Below are positions 36,745 through 48,073 of a stretch of 64,000 nt of DNA, piece after piece. Made by a program: the position numbers and the translations under genes. The stretch comes from Balamuthia mandrillaris (taxonomy: Eukaryota), in contig JAVKOQ020000052.1 of NCBI GenBank assembly GCA_031835245.2, positions 62,001 through 126,000 of the forward strand, in the 5' to 3' direction. The notes under the pieces were generated by a model. That model was not told where the DNA came from, did no database searches, and saw nothing but the letters and a program-made list of their open reading frames with translations. Each line of letters begins with the position of its first letter. The stretch's first letter is position 1.

Positions 36745-39489
36745 TTACATTGTTCCATCTCTTGAGCTCTGTTGCATTTCTTTCCACTTCTCTGCTTGGC
36801 TTACCTCTTCAAGTAGCTCAAAGTGGCCATCTTGCCTCTCAGCATGACGAATTACTGCTTGTCTTTCCAACTCACAGTAGGCCTTGATGGTCAACCAGCC
36901 CAATTCTGCTCTACAAACCCCTGCCACAGTCCTTCGATGAACTTGCAATACACTTCTTGCTGTCTCATTCCACACAGCTTCGATCTTCTTCCACCATGAT
37001 TTGGAAAGCTCTGTCATGCATAGTCCATATGACAAGGTAGACTTGACAATAGCCTCTGCAGCAATCTGGGCAGTGCGTGTACCAAGGCCTTGAGCAATGG
37101 CTCCCCGCTGCCTAAGGCTGTAGAGGGCTTGCTTGGCCTTGGTGATCCTCTCCTTGGCATGAGTTGTCCATTCTCCACTTTCTTCAAACCACAGTCCCAG
37201 GTAATTGGCCTCCTTCACACGTTTCACAGCCTCCCCCTTAAGTCTCCACTCTTGAAAATGAGCCTTCTTTCCTTGTACTTGCACCACTGATTTCTTTGCA
37301 TTGAACTGAAGTCCCAGAGCATTCACTGCCTCCACTGCTACGTTCAATCTTCTCTGAAGCTCAAACGGATCGCTGGCCACCACTGCCAAGTCATCTGCAA
37401 ACAACAAGCAAACATTCCTTGCTTTATCTCCTCTTTCCTTCTCCTCTGCCGCTTGTAGCTTTCTTGCTACCACATCAATGTATACATTGAACAGGAATGG
37501 AGACAAAACTCCTCCTTGCTTAACTCCTCTTTCCACCAGAAATTCCTCAGAGAGCTGCCCGTTCATGTGAATAACACTCGTCATACCATGGTACCACTCT
37601 GCAATGATACCCACTGCTGCCTCTTCTGCTCCTCTTTTGCGTAATGTCCTTGCCAGTATGTCATGGTCAAGCATGTCATATGCCTTGCTGATATACAACA
37701 GAGCAATATAGGTACGTTCTTTGCTTCTCTTCATCAGGCATTTCTTCAACCGCCACACCTGATCCATGACTCCCCTTCCTTTTCTAAATCCGCCTTGGCA
37801 ATTACTTATCCACCCTTGCTCTCTTGCTTGTATGTTCAACTGTACCAAGATAGCTCCTTCAAACACCTTGGTTGCATTGCATAGGAGAGTAATACCTCTA
37901 TAGTTTGCTGGATTCTGGGGATCTCCTGCCTTATGCAAGGGGATAACCACCCCCTGTTTCCACTCCTTGGGGAATATGCCTTGGTTCTCAATGGCCTTGA
38001 TCAGCGTCCAAGTTGCATCTTGCACATGTTTACCTCCATACTTCATCATATCCCCATCAATATTGTCCACACCAGCTGCTTTGCCCACCCTCAATCTTTT
38101 CCTCCATGCAAGATTAAAACTCTCCTTCTTAAGCCAGTTACTACCAAACCAAGGCAGTCCTTCTGGACCTGCTTCCTCTCGATGCAAGCTCCCAATGGAA
38201 GAATCCTTCCTTCCCAGCTTTGCCCAATGTTCCTTGAAGGCTGCCGTGCTACCGTGGTGCTCAATAACTGCTTTGGGCTCTGCTCTACGCTTTGCCACTA
38301 TCCTCCACATGTTGCCGATCCATTTCTGCATTTCCTTGATGTTCTCTTGTTTCCTCCACTTCATCCAGTCCCATTTGTTGGCTCTCCACAACTTCACAAA
38401 CCTTTTCCTGAGTTCCACAAATTCCTCTCTGGCCTTTCCATCATTCTTTCCTTCTCTTAGCCACTGAGCATGGGCTACCACTACCTGCTTGTTCAAGGAT
38501 GTTAACTCTGCCGTCCACCATGGCTTCCTTGCCCTGCTCGTTGTTGCTCCTATCAGTCTCCTTTCTCTACCAAACCATCTCATTGCACAATCCCACAATC
38601 CTTTTTTCCACTTGCTCCAAAGATCTTCAACAGTAGCTGCTCCCTCCTGTGTTTTCCTGACCATGGCCTTCCATTCCTCTCCTTTGAAGAAACGCTTGCA
38701 CCCGCGTTTGTACTCCCTCCACCTCCTCTTGCGATCTTCCTCCAAGTAGGACTTCCACTTCCATCGTTCCATCCAAACCCCGCTGCAATTATCTGCTGAG
38801 TCCTTCAACTCGACTACCAGTGGCCGATGATCAGTCCACGCTTGCCATCCGTCACCAACTACCTTGCCCGTCCATCTCCATGCTACCACATAGTCCACAA
38901 TGCTCTTTCGTTTTCCAGCTCTCCATGTAAATACTGGCGTTTCCTCTTCGAGCTGAGGCAACGAGAGGGCCAGCCTTTTGAAAGACTCCACCAACACCTT
39001 TCCTCTCGTGTTGTAAGTCGATTCACCTCTACCATTCCATCCCTTTCCAACCATGGTGTTCCAATCTCCTCCAATAATCAAGGGTCTTCCTTCCTTGACC
39101 ACGTCCAGGATTCTTTTCTCAATCGCAGCCAAGGTGACCTGGAAGTCGTCCACGGTACCTCCTGGAGGGAGATACACTATACCGATTATAAAGATGCAAC
39201 TCTGTCCCGCCAGTTCCACCCAAGTGGAGTTGGGTGTTCGCCACTCTTTTCTTTCTCTGATGTTCCCCTTGAAGCCCTCTCGAACAAAGAAACCTGCGCC
39301 ACCCCTTCCATAGCCACTCCTCCCTGGAGCAGACCCTCCACCCATCCACCGATACCCCTCCAAGCGAGGGGCAACCATCCTCCTATGTTCGCACACTCCA
39401 ATAATGTCAAATTGCTTACTGTCAGCCCAACAGCTGACCAATTCCTCTTGTCCCCAGCCCCTAGAGTTGACAAACACTACTGAAGTCAT
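36745..39489 (-). CDS. LINE ORF2: AP endonuclease plus reverse transcriptase, probably inactive
   Basis: APE motifs VNSRG, GVCE, GGDWN, IVDY and TDH. RT motifs KAAGVDNI, NYRGITL, QGGFRKGR and FADD. The first catalytic Asp is changed (LYISKAYD) and the zinc knuckle is deleted. Confidence 0.92.
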   Translation of the reverse strand: MTSVVFVNSRGWGQEELVSCWADSKQFDIIGVCEHRRMVAPRLEGYRWMGGGSAPGRSGYGRGGAGFFVREGFKGNIRERKEWRTPNSTWVELAGQSCIFIIGIVYLPPGGTVDDFQVTLAAIEKRILDVVKEGRPLIIGGDWNTMVGKGWNGRGESTYNTRGKVLVESFKRLALSLPQLEEETPVFTWRAGKRKSIVDYVVAWRWTGKVVGDGWQAWTDHRPLVVELKDSADNCSGVWMERWKWKSYLEEDRKRRWREYKRGCKRFFKGEEWKAMVRKTQEGAATVEDLWSKWKKGLWDCAMRWFGRERRLIGATTSRARKPWWTAELTSLNKQVVVAHAQWLREGKNDGKAREEFVELRKRFVKLWRANKWDWMKWRKQENIKEMQKWIGNMWRIVAKRRAEPKAVIEHHGSTAAFKEHWAKLGRKDSSIGSLHREEAGPEGLPWFGSNWLKKESFNLAWRKRLRVGKAAGVDNIDGDMMKYGGKHVQDATWTLIKAIENQGIFPKEWKQGVVIPLHKAGDPQNPANYRGITLLCNATKVFEGAILVQLNIQAREQGWISNCQGGFRKGRGVMDQVWRLKKCLMKRSKERTYIALLYISKAYDMLDHDILARTLRKRGAEEAAVGIIAEWYHGMTSVIHMNGQLSEEFLVERGVKQGGVLSPFLFNVYIDVVARKLQAAEEKERGDKARNVCLLFADDLAVVASDPFELQRRLNVAVEAVNALGLQFNAKKSVVQVQGKKAHFQEWRLKGEAVKRVKEANYLGLWFEESGEWTTHAKERITKAKQALYSLRQRGAIAQGLGTRTAQIAAEAIVKSTLSYGLCMTELSKSWWKKIEAVWNETARSVLQVHRRTVAGVCRAELGWLTIKAYCELERQAVIRHAERQDGHFELLEEVSQAEKWKEMQQSSRDGTM

Positions 39490-39552
39490 TGGGTCTCCTC
39501 CCCTTCCTCCTCCACAATGTCAGACCAGTTGGCAGCACCGTGATACTCCTCC

Positions 39553-40824
39553 TCAGCCAGCACGATGCCTGAGAGTTCCAATGAGCTGTCCAAAGCCACT
39601 GTTCCAACATTCTCCTCCTTTTCCTTGCTCTTTAGGCTTCCACAGCAGTTTGCCTTCATTCTTGGCTTCTTCAATTCGGGCTTTGCCCACCCACCAGCGG
39701 GTAAAAGCATACAGCCTGGCTCTTTCTGCAATAATGTCTTCGGCAGCCTGGGCCATCTCCAAAGTAACTCCCCAATGCTGCATGCCATTCTTCTCTCCTA
39801 CTTTCCACACTCCGACGTGCTTGAGCCCCAGCTCGAAGATCCCCTCGCATACCTTTTCCTTCTTAAGGTCCTTACCGCTCACCACAATCGATCTGCCCTC
39901 CACAGCCCCTACCTTGGAGTAGGGACTGGCAAAGCCATACTTTGGTTTTACTGTAGACCAATAGTTCGGGTCGGTTACCGTATCTTTGGTCCACGTCCTC
40001 CTGTATATGTTGGAGTTATCCTGCCAACATATCCCTTGTTCCTTTGCCATTTCTTCCTTCCAGTATCCCAAGCTTGGTGCGCTAGCTGTAGTTGCTGTTG
40101 GAGGGAAATTCCTTTCCGCAGTAATCATATCACACCACGGAGCTGATCCGACCACCTCCACGTAAGACCGTTGGGAACCCAGAGTAGGGCCGCCTTTGGT
40201 ACTATTTGCACTTCCTTTTTCCCCCACCATAAGATTATTGATCTCCTTGTCGAGAGATTCAATCAGGTCCCTGAATCGTACAATCACTGCGAGTGAGAGT
40301 ACGCCTGCCTCGGAGAGCTTACCACACTCGCGAGAAACACGGCTAATACAATCAAACAGCAGCGCCACTTGACTGTTGGTTTGCTCCTTAACGCCGTCCG
40401 CACTGACTGAGTCCGAGTCAATCTTCCCCTTGGGCACAACACTGGTCCCTTCCTCTCGGCGGGGCGAATCCACTACCGAGTTACACTGATCCTCTGCCCC
40501 TCTGTCGTCCTCCTCCTTTTGGTTAACCCTGGGAGAAGGAATCTTGACTGTGGTAGTGTTCAGGTGCCCATACTTTTCCACCGCCAACTTGAACGCTTCC
40601 TCCAAAAACTGATTTAGCTTGTCCCCTTTGACAAAACACTCGGGGATCTTTGCCTCTTTTTGCACAGCTTGCAAAGCGGGCTTCCACGAACGATTACCGT
40701 TTAGGGTCCCCAGTCTAAGACGTTCCTTCATGGCCAAATCCACCCATCGACGTAGGACCTGTTCCCTCTCCTGACTGTCAATCAATTCAGTGCTCTTGCG
40801 TGGCAGTGTCCTATTTTTCCGCAT
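39553..40824 (-). CDS. LINE ORF1 (no recognisable domain; helical/coiled-coil segments)
   Basis: A ~423-aa ORF from ATG 40824 lies directly upstream of ORF2. A degenerate homologue of its C-terminus is at 46261-46530. Confidence 0.7.
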   Translation of the reverse strand: MRKNRTLPRKSTELIDSQEREQVLRRWVDLAMKERLRLGTLNGNRSWKPALQAVQKEAKIPECFVKGDKLNQFLEEAFKLAVEKYGHLNTTTVKIPSPRVNQKEEDDRGAEDQCNSVVDSPRREEGTSVVPKGKIDSDSVSADGVKEQTNSQVALLFDCISRVSRECGKLSEAGVLSLAVIVRFRDLIESLDKEINNLMVGEKGSANSTKGGPTLGSQRSYVEVVGSAPWCDMITAERNFPPTATTASAPSLGYWKEEMAKEQGICWQDNSNIYRRTWTKDTVTDPNYWSTVKPKYGFASPYSKVGAVEGRSIVVSGKDLKKEKVCEGIFELGLKHVGVWKVGEKNGMQHWGVTLEMAQAAEDIIAERARLYAFTRWWVGKARIEEAKNEGKLLWKPKEQGKGGECWNSGFGQLIGTLRHRAG

Positions 40825-41659
40825 TTTTGGCTTACTTTTTATGTATAAATTGGTGTTGCTCTCAGAGTAAATAAACTTCTTATTACTACTAATATTAAAA
40901 TCACTACACATTGGTTTTTTTCTGAACAGCACATGAAACAGAAGCATAGAATGATTCAGGAATTTGGTTTTGGCTTGTTTTGAATCCAGGGTACACATGG
41001 AAAGGAAATGCTAACAAGACAGTAATACTCACAAAAGTAACCCTGTGTTTTAAGCTACATATGGCCCTTATTAACAAATAAGCTTACAATGCAAAATAGG
41101 TAGCCTAATAACACAAGAACATAAGAAAATAAAAAAGAAAAGAATAAGTTTTAATAAAAGAAAGTGTCATGACAAAGTGTGTGGGTGTGAGTGTGTAAGT
41201 TCTTGTTTCCTATTCCAAGAGAAAAAAAAAGAAAAAACAGAAATGAGAAAATAAAGAAAAAAAGACAAAATGAATGAAAAAAGAATTAATCAGAACTAGT
41301 GGTAATTTCCATCAAAGGGCCTCAATTTCAAGAAGGACAAGTGACAGCAGGTCCCTTACTGGCCTTATCATAGTTGAAAGCTTTTTCTTTTCTCTCCTTT
41401 CCTTTATCTTTTCCTTTGATATGTTATTAAATACAAAGAATAGACCCAAGAAAAGAGACAAGAATAATGAAAGCCCATTGTCATTTATGCATTAAAAGAA
41501 AGAAAAGAAGTGTATGTATTGTGTCCTTTGTGTATGAGAGTTGGTTATGTTGATAATAAAATCATACTCTCTTTTTTATTGCTCATTATCAATTACTGTG
41601 TATGAGCTTTGTCTGTACTAAGTTTATATTAAAACTTTCCCTGAGAAAAGCTTTCTTCC

Positions 41660-42138
41660 TAAACTTTTCCTGAGTTCCACAAATTCCTTTCTGGCCTTTC
41701 TATCATTCTTTCCTTCTCTCAGCCACTGAGCATGGGCTTTCCTACCTGCTTGTTCAAGGATGTTAACTCTGTCATCCACCAAGCCTTCCTTGCTGTGCTT
41801 GTTGTTGCTCCTACTAGTCTCCTTTCTCTTACTGTCTCAGTATCCCACAATCCGTTTTTCCACTTGCTCCAAAGATCTTCAACAGTAGCTGCTCCCTTCT
41901 GTGTTTTCCTCACTATTTCTTTCATTTCTCTTCCTTGAAGAAACGCTTGCACCCAGGTTTATACCCCTTCTATCTCCTCTTGCAATTTTCCTCTGAGTAG
42001 GACTTCCGCTTCCATCGTGCCATCCAAACCCATTGCAAATATCTGCTGAATCCTGCAACTCAGTCAGTGCCAATGATCAGTCCACACTTGCTACCCATCA
42101 CTAGCTACTTTGCCTGTCCATCTCCATGCTACCACAGT
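41660..42138 (-). mobile_element. Degenerate internal fragment of the same LINE family
   Basis: Collinear with 38396-38890 (TVEDLWSKWK, VAWRWTGKV), with many CpG transitions and frameshifts. Confidence 0.85.
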
Positions 42139-42699
42139 TTCCGTGCTAAAGTTTAGAAAGGCATTTTCTAAACATTTTGTAAACAACCAAAAAAAAAAGA
42201 AAGATGACAGGAGTATCAACGCCTTTATCAACACAACTACTATGTGCAAAAAAAACGAGAAAGGGAGGAGAAGGAACAAGAGGAACAGCAGCAACAAGAA
42301 GAAGCTCAAGAGAAACTTGAAAGAAGGCGAGCACAATAAGCCACATCAAAACAGCATCACCAAGCAGCTTTTTCTGCAAGTTTTTGCTTGTCCTTGCCCT
42401 TTACTTCGCCCTCACCTTCACTCTCATCCTCAGCCTTACCCTCACCCTTACCCTCACCCTCGCCCTCGCCCTCACAAACAGTGCCAGCTCCAGAAAGAAA
42501 TAGAATAGAAGCAAATGGCTAATAGTAAAAGGTGTCATAGAGCTTAGCAACAACAAGAAAAGGAGGAACAAGAAGCCAAGACACAGCAAAAAGGCAGCTC
42601 CATAAAGAAAGAACAACACCACCAAAACAATTGTTTAAAAGAAGAGGAAAAGAAAGCTCAGCAAAAGAAAGCTGCAGAGTCACTGAGCTCTTTGCTTAC

Positions 42700-44300
42700 C
42701 TCATCCTCTTCTTTAACCATGCCTTCGTTTGTACATCCTGCCTTGCTTTGTCACTCACCAGTAGGCTCCTTCAGCATCCCAGCATGTATAATACCCTTGA
42801 GCCACTTGCCAATGACTTTTTTGTCAACTTCTTCAATGATCCATGAGCTATCAACTATCATCAATGCAGTTACAGGCTGAAGTCCAATTGCTGTTGGCAT
42901 CCTTCTTTGGCACACAAAGAATAGGCGAATTCCACAGCAAGTCCATGGGAGCACCTACAATAACCTTGTCGTGGTACCACTCTTCAAGCTGCTTGTTGAT
43001 TGAGGAATATTAGACTTTTGGTATAGGATACTGATGTATGAATATCAGAGGGTGATCTCTGGTATCCAAACAGATTGTCCCTTCTGGAAGTGGACAGGAA
43101 GGACCTTGAGGAATACAGCTGTTCTCTTCAAGAAGGTCCTTGATGCAGTCTACAATGGCCTTTGAAGTTCTTCAGAGATAAAGGAGACTCCACATACTTA
43201 TCAACATTCTTATCATCGGGTGCTGAAGGCTTTGGGCCAGGGAAGTGGACATGAATTCCAGACCAAAGCCTATCCTATCAAGGATGTCTCAGCCAAAGAT
43301 CACTTGAGTAGAATTGGAGAGCTTGAGAATAAGGAAGTTGTGGAAGAACTTCCAGTATCACATGCCATATGAACATGGAGGGCAATGGCAGACACCCAGG
43401 TATTGGAATCATCTCCCAGAACCACATCCTGTTGAGTATGGGCTGTTTTAAGGTGAAAGTGTTCTACAAGGGAGGGATCCACCCAGGAAGAGGAGGTGCC
43501 AGTGTCGAGTAGGGCCATAACTCTTTGCTTTTTCAAGGTTGCCAAAACCATAATAGGAGCAGCAACAGGAGCAGGAGAGGGGTTATCAGGGGTAGGAGCT
43601 TCATGATTGTCAAGACCAAGCATGAACAGCTCTGCTGCAGCTTGCTCAAACTCCTGAAAGGGATTCTCTTCTATGTTGTTTAAAGAAGAAGTAGCCGGAG
43701 AAAGAGAAGGGGAGTTTGTACTGCCAGAAGAAGGAGCTGGAAAAGCACCAGTCATGGGTAACTGCATGCTGTCGAGCAAAGAAGCTGAAGGCTTAGCAGA
43801 AGTGCCATGAGTAGGGCAACAATTTGCTGTATGTCCTGCCTTACTGCACTTGAAGCAGATGCCAGCTGGTCTCTGAGGAGCACTAGAAGAGGTAGCAAGG
43901 ATAGAAGAAGAGGAAGAGGAGGAGGATCCATCACTCTTTTTTTGGGGAGGACTCAGTAGTCCTTGTCTGAATGATTGTACAAAAAGAGCACCAAGGTTTG
44001 CCATTCTTGATCCCTTTGTTGTTGTTCGAGCTGCTTGGAGGGGAAAGTCTCAAGGTCTTTCTCTTGCTTCAGGCTTCCAAGGCGGATTCATGTTCCAAGG
44101 TGATACTGATGGCATTGGCCAAAGAAGTAGAGGGGTTGGCGATGCAAGGTGAAATAAATCCTGAGACAAGTTCTTCAGGAAGGACGTTCCTGAGAACAGC
44201 AAGAATATCTTTGAGCTGAGGCAGACAGGTCATTTGATTGATGAGCTCTTGGAAGTGCTCTGAGAATTCTCAATCAGACTCCTCAGCTTTATTATCTTTT
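42700..44300 (-). mobile_element. Ty3/Gypsy-like LTR retrotransposon remnant (gag, protease, start of RT)
   Basis: Gag knuckle CFKCSKAGHTANCC, aspartic protease ALLDTG, and the RT N-terminus INKQLEEW...WNSPILCVPKKD. Stops and frameshifts; no LTR recognised. Confidence 0.8.
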
Positions 44301-44679
44301 CCTTTGGTCTTTGAATCAGAGGTTAGAAGATTTTGGGGAAGCTTTGGACATTTTTCCTTGCTTCCTGTCTGAGGGTTCAGTGTAACCTCTGGGTGGGTGT
44401 ACTGGAAGAAGGAAAGTTAGATTTAGTAGAGAGGCTAACCAACAAGAAAATATAACTCCTTTAACAAGAGCAAAGGTTGATATCATGGTAGATGAGTCCA
44501 CAGTGTCTCAGAAAAGTTCTGAGTAAGGAAGGGCTTGAAACAAGCGCTGAAAACACAATGAATAGTGAAGTGACCTTAGCAGTAAGCCAAGGAGCATGCT
44601 ATATGGGGGAGTTGAAGAATGACTCAAGTAGATCAGAGACTTAGGAGATCTGCAGTAAATTGGAACGAGTTGTAAAAAA

Positions 44680-44965
44680 AAATGTTGTAAAATGGGAATG
44701 ATGGTGGAGACAAAGTAAGTACGAGATCCAAACTTAATTTACTAAAAGTGAAGAGTACAAGTGATAGTAAAGTATCTTGTGTTTTGTTGTAAGTTGTCCT
44801 AAGAGGAAAAAGAAGAAGCAAGGAGAGGCAGTATTTAAGCTAAAAGAATTATCCAAAAAGCAGAAAATACGAGCATAAAAGGACAAAGAGAGAAAACAAG
44901 AAAGGAGAAATTGAAGAAAGGAGAAGCTGGGCATTGGAGGTTTTCTCAGGTCGACAGGCAGGAAA
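44680..44965. repeat. Dispersed repeat, second copy at ~49170-49450 (probably a retroelement 3' part on the minus strand)
   Basis: Shared GGGAATGATGGTGGAGACAAAGTAAGTAC...CTTAATTTACTAAAAGTGAAGAGTACAAGTGATAG...CTCAGGTCGAC. Confidence 0.8.
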
Positions 44966-46260
44966 GATGTTGGTTAAATCCTACTTAACAAAAAAAAGGG
45001 ACAAATGATTAGAAAGGAGTGTATTCTAGAAGCAAGAAAGAAAGACAATGGGAAGGAATTGCCATCATTACTTTTGAATACACCAAGGGAAAGAGAAAAG
45101 AGAGAAGAGGAAGAAACAAAACTTAAGAGTAGGCATTCTGCATGAGGAGTCTTGAGATAAGTGTTGGTGATTTTACCAACAACTCTCACTCTTGCTGGGT
45201 TTATTCATATGTCCACACCCTTTTTCTCCAACTTCTTTGAACAAAACGTGAACCAGGTGCATCAAGGAAAAGCAAGATGGCAGCCCCTTTGAACCACTTC
45301 ACTCCAATTTAATTCACCACCTGTTGCAAGGGGAACAAAACGAGGAAGTGTGAAAGGAGAATGGTGGCTTTACTGCTTTACTTGTCACCTTCTATCACTG
45401 TAGTAGGAACTCTCTTGCTCTTTTCTCTCTCTTTCCCTCTCACTAATATAACTTGAATCTCTCCAGTTGTATTCTTTCTTCTTCTTTCTCTTTTCGTTTT
45501 GAATAAATAACAAAAACCCCACAAAGGAAGTGGCTTGACAAAAAGGAGTTATGACAGCACCAAACCAACGTGTTGTTAAATGACAACTAACCTTTCCCTT
45601 TTGGTTAAAGTTATCTTTTTAGATGGTCTGCATTTATGACACATTGAATAACTCTGCCCAGGCTGAGGGCTGTGATGTTATCCATACAGTAGTTTCATTA
45701 TCATGATTTATGCCATGGTTCAGAGTGGCTGTGAGTAGTATATTTTCATGGTTTTGTTGGTTTGCAAGAGAGTTTACTATTTCTTTCTGAACTTTCTTTT
45801 TTTTCTACATAGTAACCCATGCTCTTTTGCAATAGAATGTGCTTGGAAGGTAATACTACTACATGTATTTTTGTATGTGCCATGCCTCAAAGTACTGTGT
45901 GTATGTTTTCATGGTGTTGTTGGTTTGCAGGAGAGTTTTTTATTTATTATTGACCTTTTTTTCTCCTATGTAGTGCTTTTTGCCCTTCTGCAATGTCTGT
46001 AGAGCTGCAGGATAGACAGACAGCAATTTTTTGGTTGGCTATTGATGCAAATAGTGAGGAGCTGGCCACCAAAAACCTCTCACATTAAAAACAGCAATAG
46101 CAGAAAAGTCATCAAAAACCACTGAAAACCACTAAAAACCACTCATAAAATAGCAAAGTGGAACATTTCAAACTTTTCCTTGGGCTCTGTACTAGTTTAT
46201 TCTTTCCAGCATGATGAATCCACCACTACTAAACTGTTGAGGTCAGATTGATTGTAAACA

Positions 46261-46940
46261 GTGGTAGGGACCATATGTAGGAAAAGGTGTGTGAGAGGGT
46301 TGAGTGAGCTGAGACTCAAGCATGTCGGAGGGGGGAAAGCAGAAGAGAAGAATGGCATATCGCATTGGGAAATTACTCTGAAGACAGCCCAGGCTGCCAA
46401 AGATATTATTATGAAAAGAGCTAGGCTGAATGCTTTCACCTGCTGATGAGTAGGCAATGCCCAAATTGAAGAAGCCAAGAAAGAAGGAAAACTGCTGAAG
46501 CCTAAAGAGAAAAGAAAAATGGAGAAAAGGAAGGTGATGCAGGGTTCTTCGTTCACCAACTTAGGTGGAAGTAGCAGAACAGAGTTGCATCATTATAATC
46601 AGTATATACAGTGAAAAGCTAGTCTGAAAGCTTATTCAACACCTTTCATTTGGTAAAGAACACAATTGGGAAGGAATTGAGGAAAGGGAGTAGGAAAAGT
46701 CAGAGTACACTAGTGTATGAACAAAGTTACTTTTTATGTATAGTTTGATGTTGCTTTCTGAACAAATAAACTTTGTATTGGTACTTTAAGGTTTTCTTGG
46801 CTGCAATCAAGAAGAAAATACTGGAGGTGATCAAGGAAGGAAGACTTCAGATTGAAATGCCAGGGTTGGAAAGGGCGTAAATGGTGGAGGTGAATCAATG
46901 TGAGAAGAAAGGTGTTAGTGGATTTCAAAAGACTTGTCCT
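46261..46940 (+). mobile_element. Internally deleted, old derivative of the LINE A/B family (ORF1 end + APE scraps + 3' end)
   Basis: ELRLKHVG...HWEITL..AQAAKDII..RARL..FT matches ORF1. 46560-46605 and 46790-46940 match APE. 46615-46780 matches the 3' UTR tip. Confidence 0.75.
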
Positions 46941-47420
46941 TCTGAAGGTAAGCAAAACAATGCAAGGGGCAAAGGCAAGCAGAGAAATTGATATATATCT
47001 CCTACCAACTACAACAACATAATGCTTAAATATGTCAACACAGCCAGAAAGGCCCTTTCTCTTCTCAGAAGTAGGAAAAACTATCCAACAAACGAATCAG
47101 CTTCACAAACTTATTTAAGAGAGTCTGCAGTGAGAAAGAATAAAGAGAAAAAGGACCACAGAAGAAACAAAACAATAATGCTTTTTTTTTTAAAAGACCT
47201 TAACTGGATAAAGGAAGTCCTTCTCAAACTTAAAATGCTCAATAGTGAATACAGAAAACTCATGAAGCAAAAGAAAAGAAAAATCACACAGTTGGACATT
47301 CAACACATAATAAAGGCAGACAACAAAGCCTCAAAACTTTTTACAGAAAAATTTTAAAGTTCTCCTCTCTCAAGGAGGAAGGTCAACAAAACCAAGTCAC
47401 CTATACTTCAAAAGATAACA

Positions 47421-48073
47421 TCCTCAATGCCTTCTCATTTGTTCACAAGTGAAAGGTGTTGAATGAGCTTTCACCTGCTTGGACAATGGAGATGAAGAAC
47501 AAGTCAGAAAGCTGATAACAGAAGACTGTACAACAAAGCTCCTATCAAGTGGAAAGAAATGCAACACACTCCAGATGCTTAAGCGATCTTCCCAAAGATT
47601 TGGACATCTTAACAGGAAGTTCTGCTGTTGCTTCCTCAGCTTTGCATGCAAGGCACTTACTGTCCTCCTCAGACTCCTGAATGGCTCTCCACTTTTTTCC
47701 AATGGGCAGTCCACCACAATGAATAGCATTCATCAAACATTCTTTCCTTGGGTTGGTAATCACTAAGCTTCGTTGTTGTCCAACCAAACATCTTCCATTT
47801 GTCAAGAAGTTATGCCTCAGCCATGTTCTTGTTCCTTTTTCTCCTTTTGCTGCATACTCCGCCTTGGCTACTCGAGTTAAGGCTTTTATCCTCTTCTTGT
47901 TCTGAAATCTCATTCAACACCTTTCACTTGTGAACTATCATAACAATTGGAAAGGCATCGAGGATGAGGGAGTAAGAGAAGTAAGAGTACACTATGTATG
48001 TACAATGCTTACTTTTTATGTATAGATTGGTGTTGCTCTCAGAGCAAATAAACTTCTTATTACTACTACTACT
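47421..48073. mobile_element. Scrambled LINE A/B 3' fragments in alternating orientation, ending in an intact 3' terminus with (TAC)n
   Basis: 47421-47475 (-), 47480-47565 (+), 47566-47900 (-, zinc knuckle) and 47903-48073 (+, same 3' tip as 36400-36464). Confidence 0.85.

Larger units (their letters stand above)
36463..40891 (-). mobile_element. Near-full-length non-LTR retrotransposon copy B (ORF1 + APE-RT ORF2), tail-to-tail with copy A, with two 3' deletions
   Basis: High nucleotide identity to copy A. Missing the segments equivalent to ~35277-35741 and ~35832-36176. Confidence 0.92.

Noticed and set aside
40892..40998. Upstream in-frame extension of LINE ORF1 to ATG 40998
   Set aside because: AT-rich flank beyond the 62-bp repeat; probably a chance open frame.
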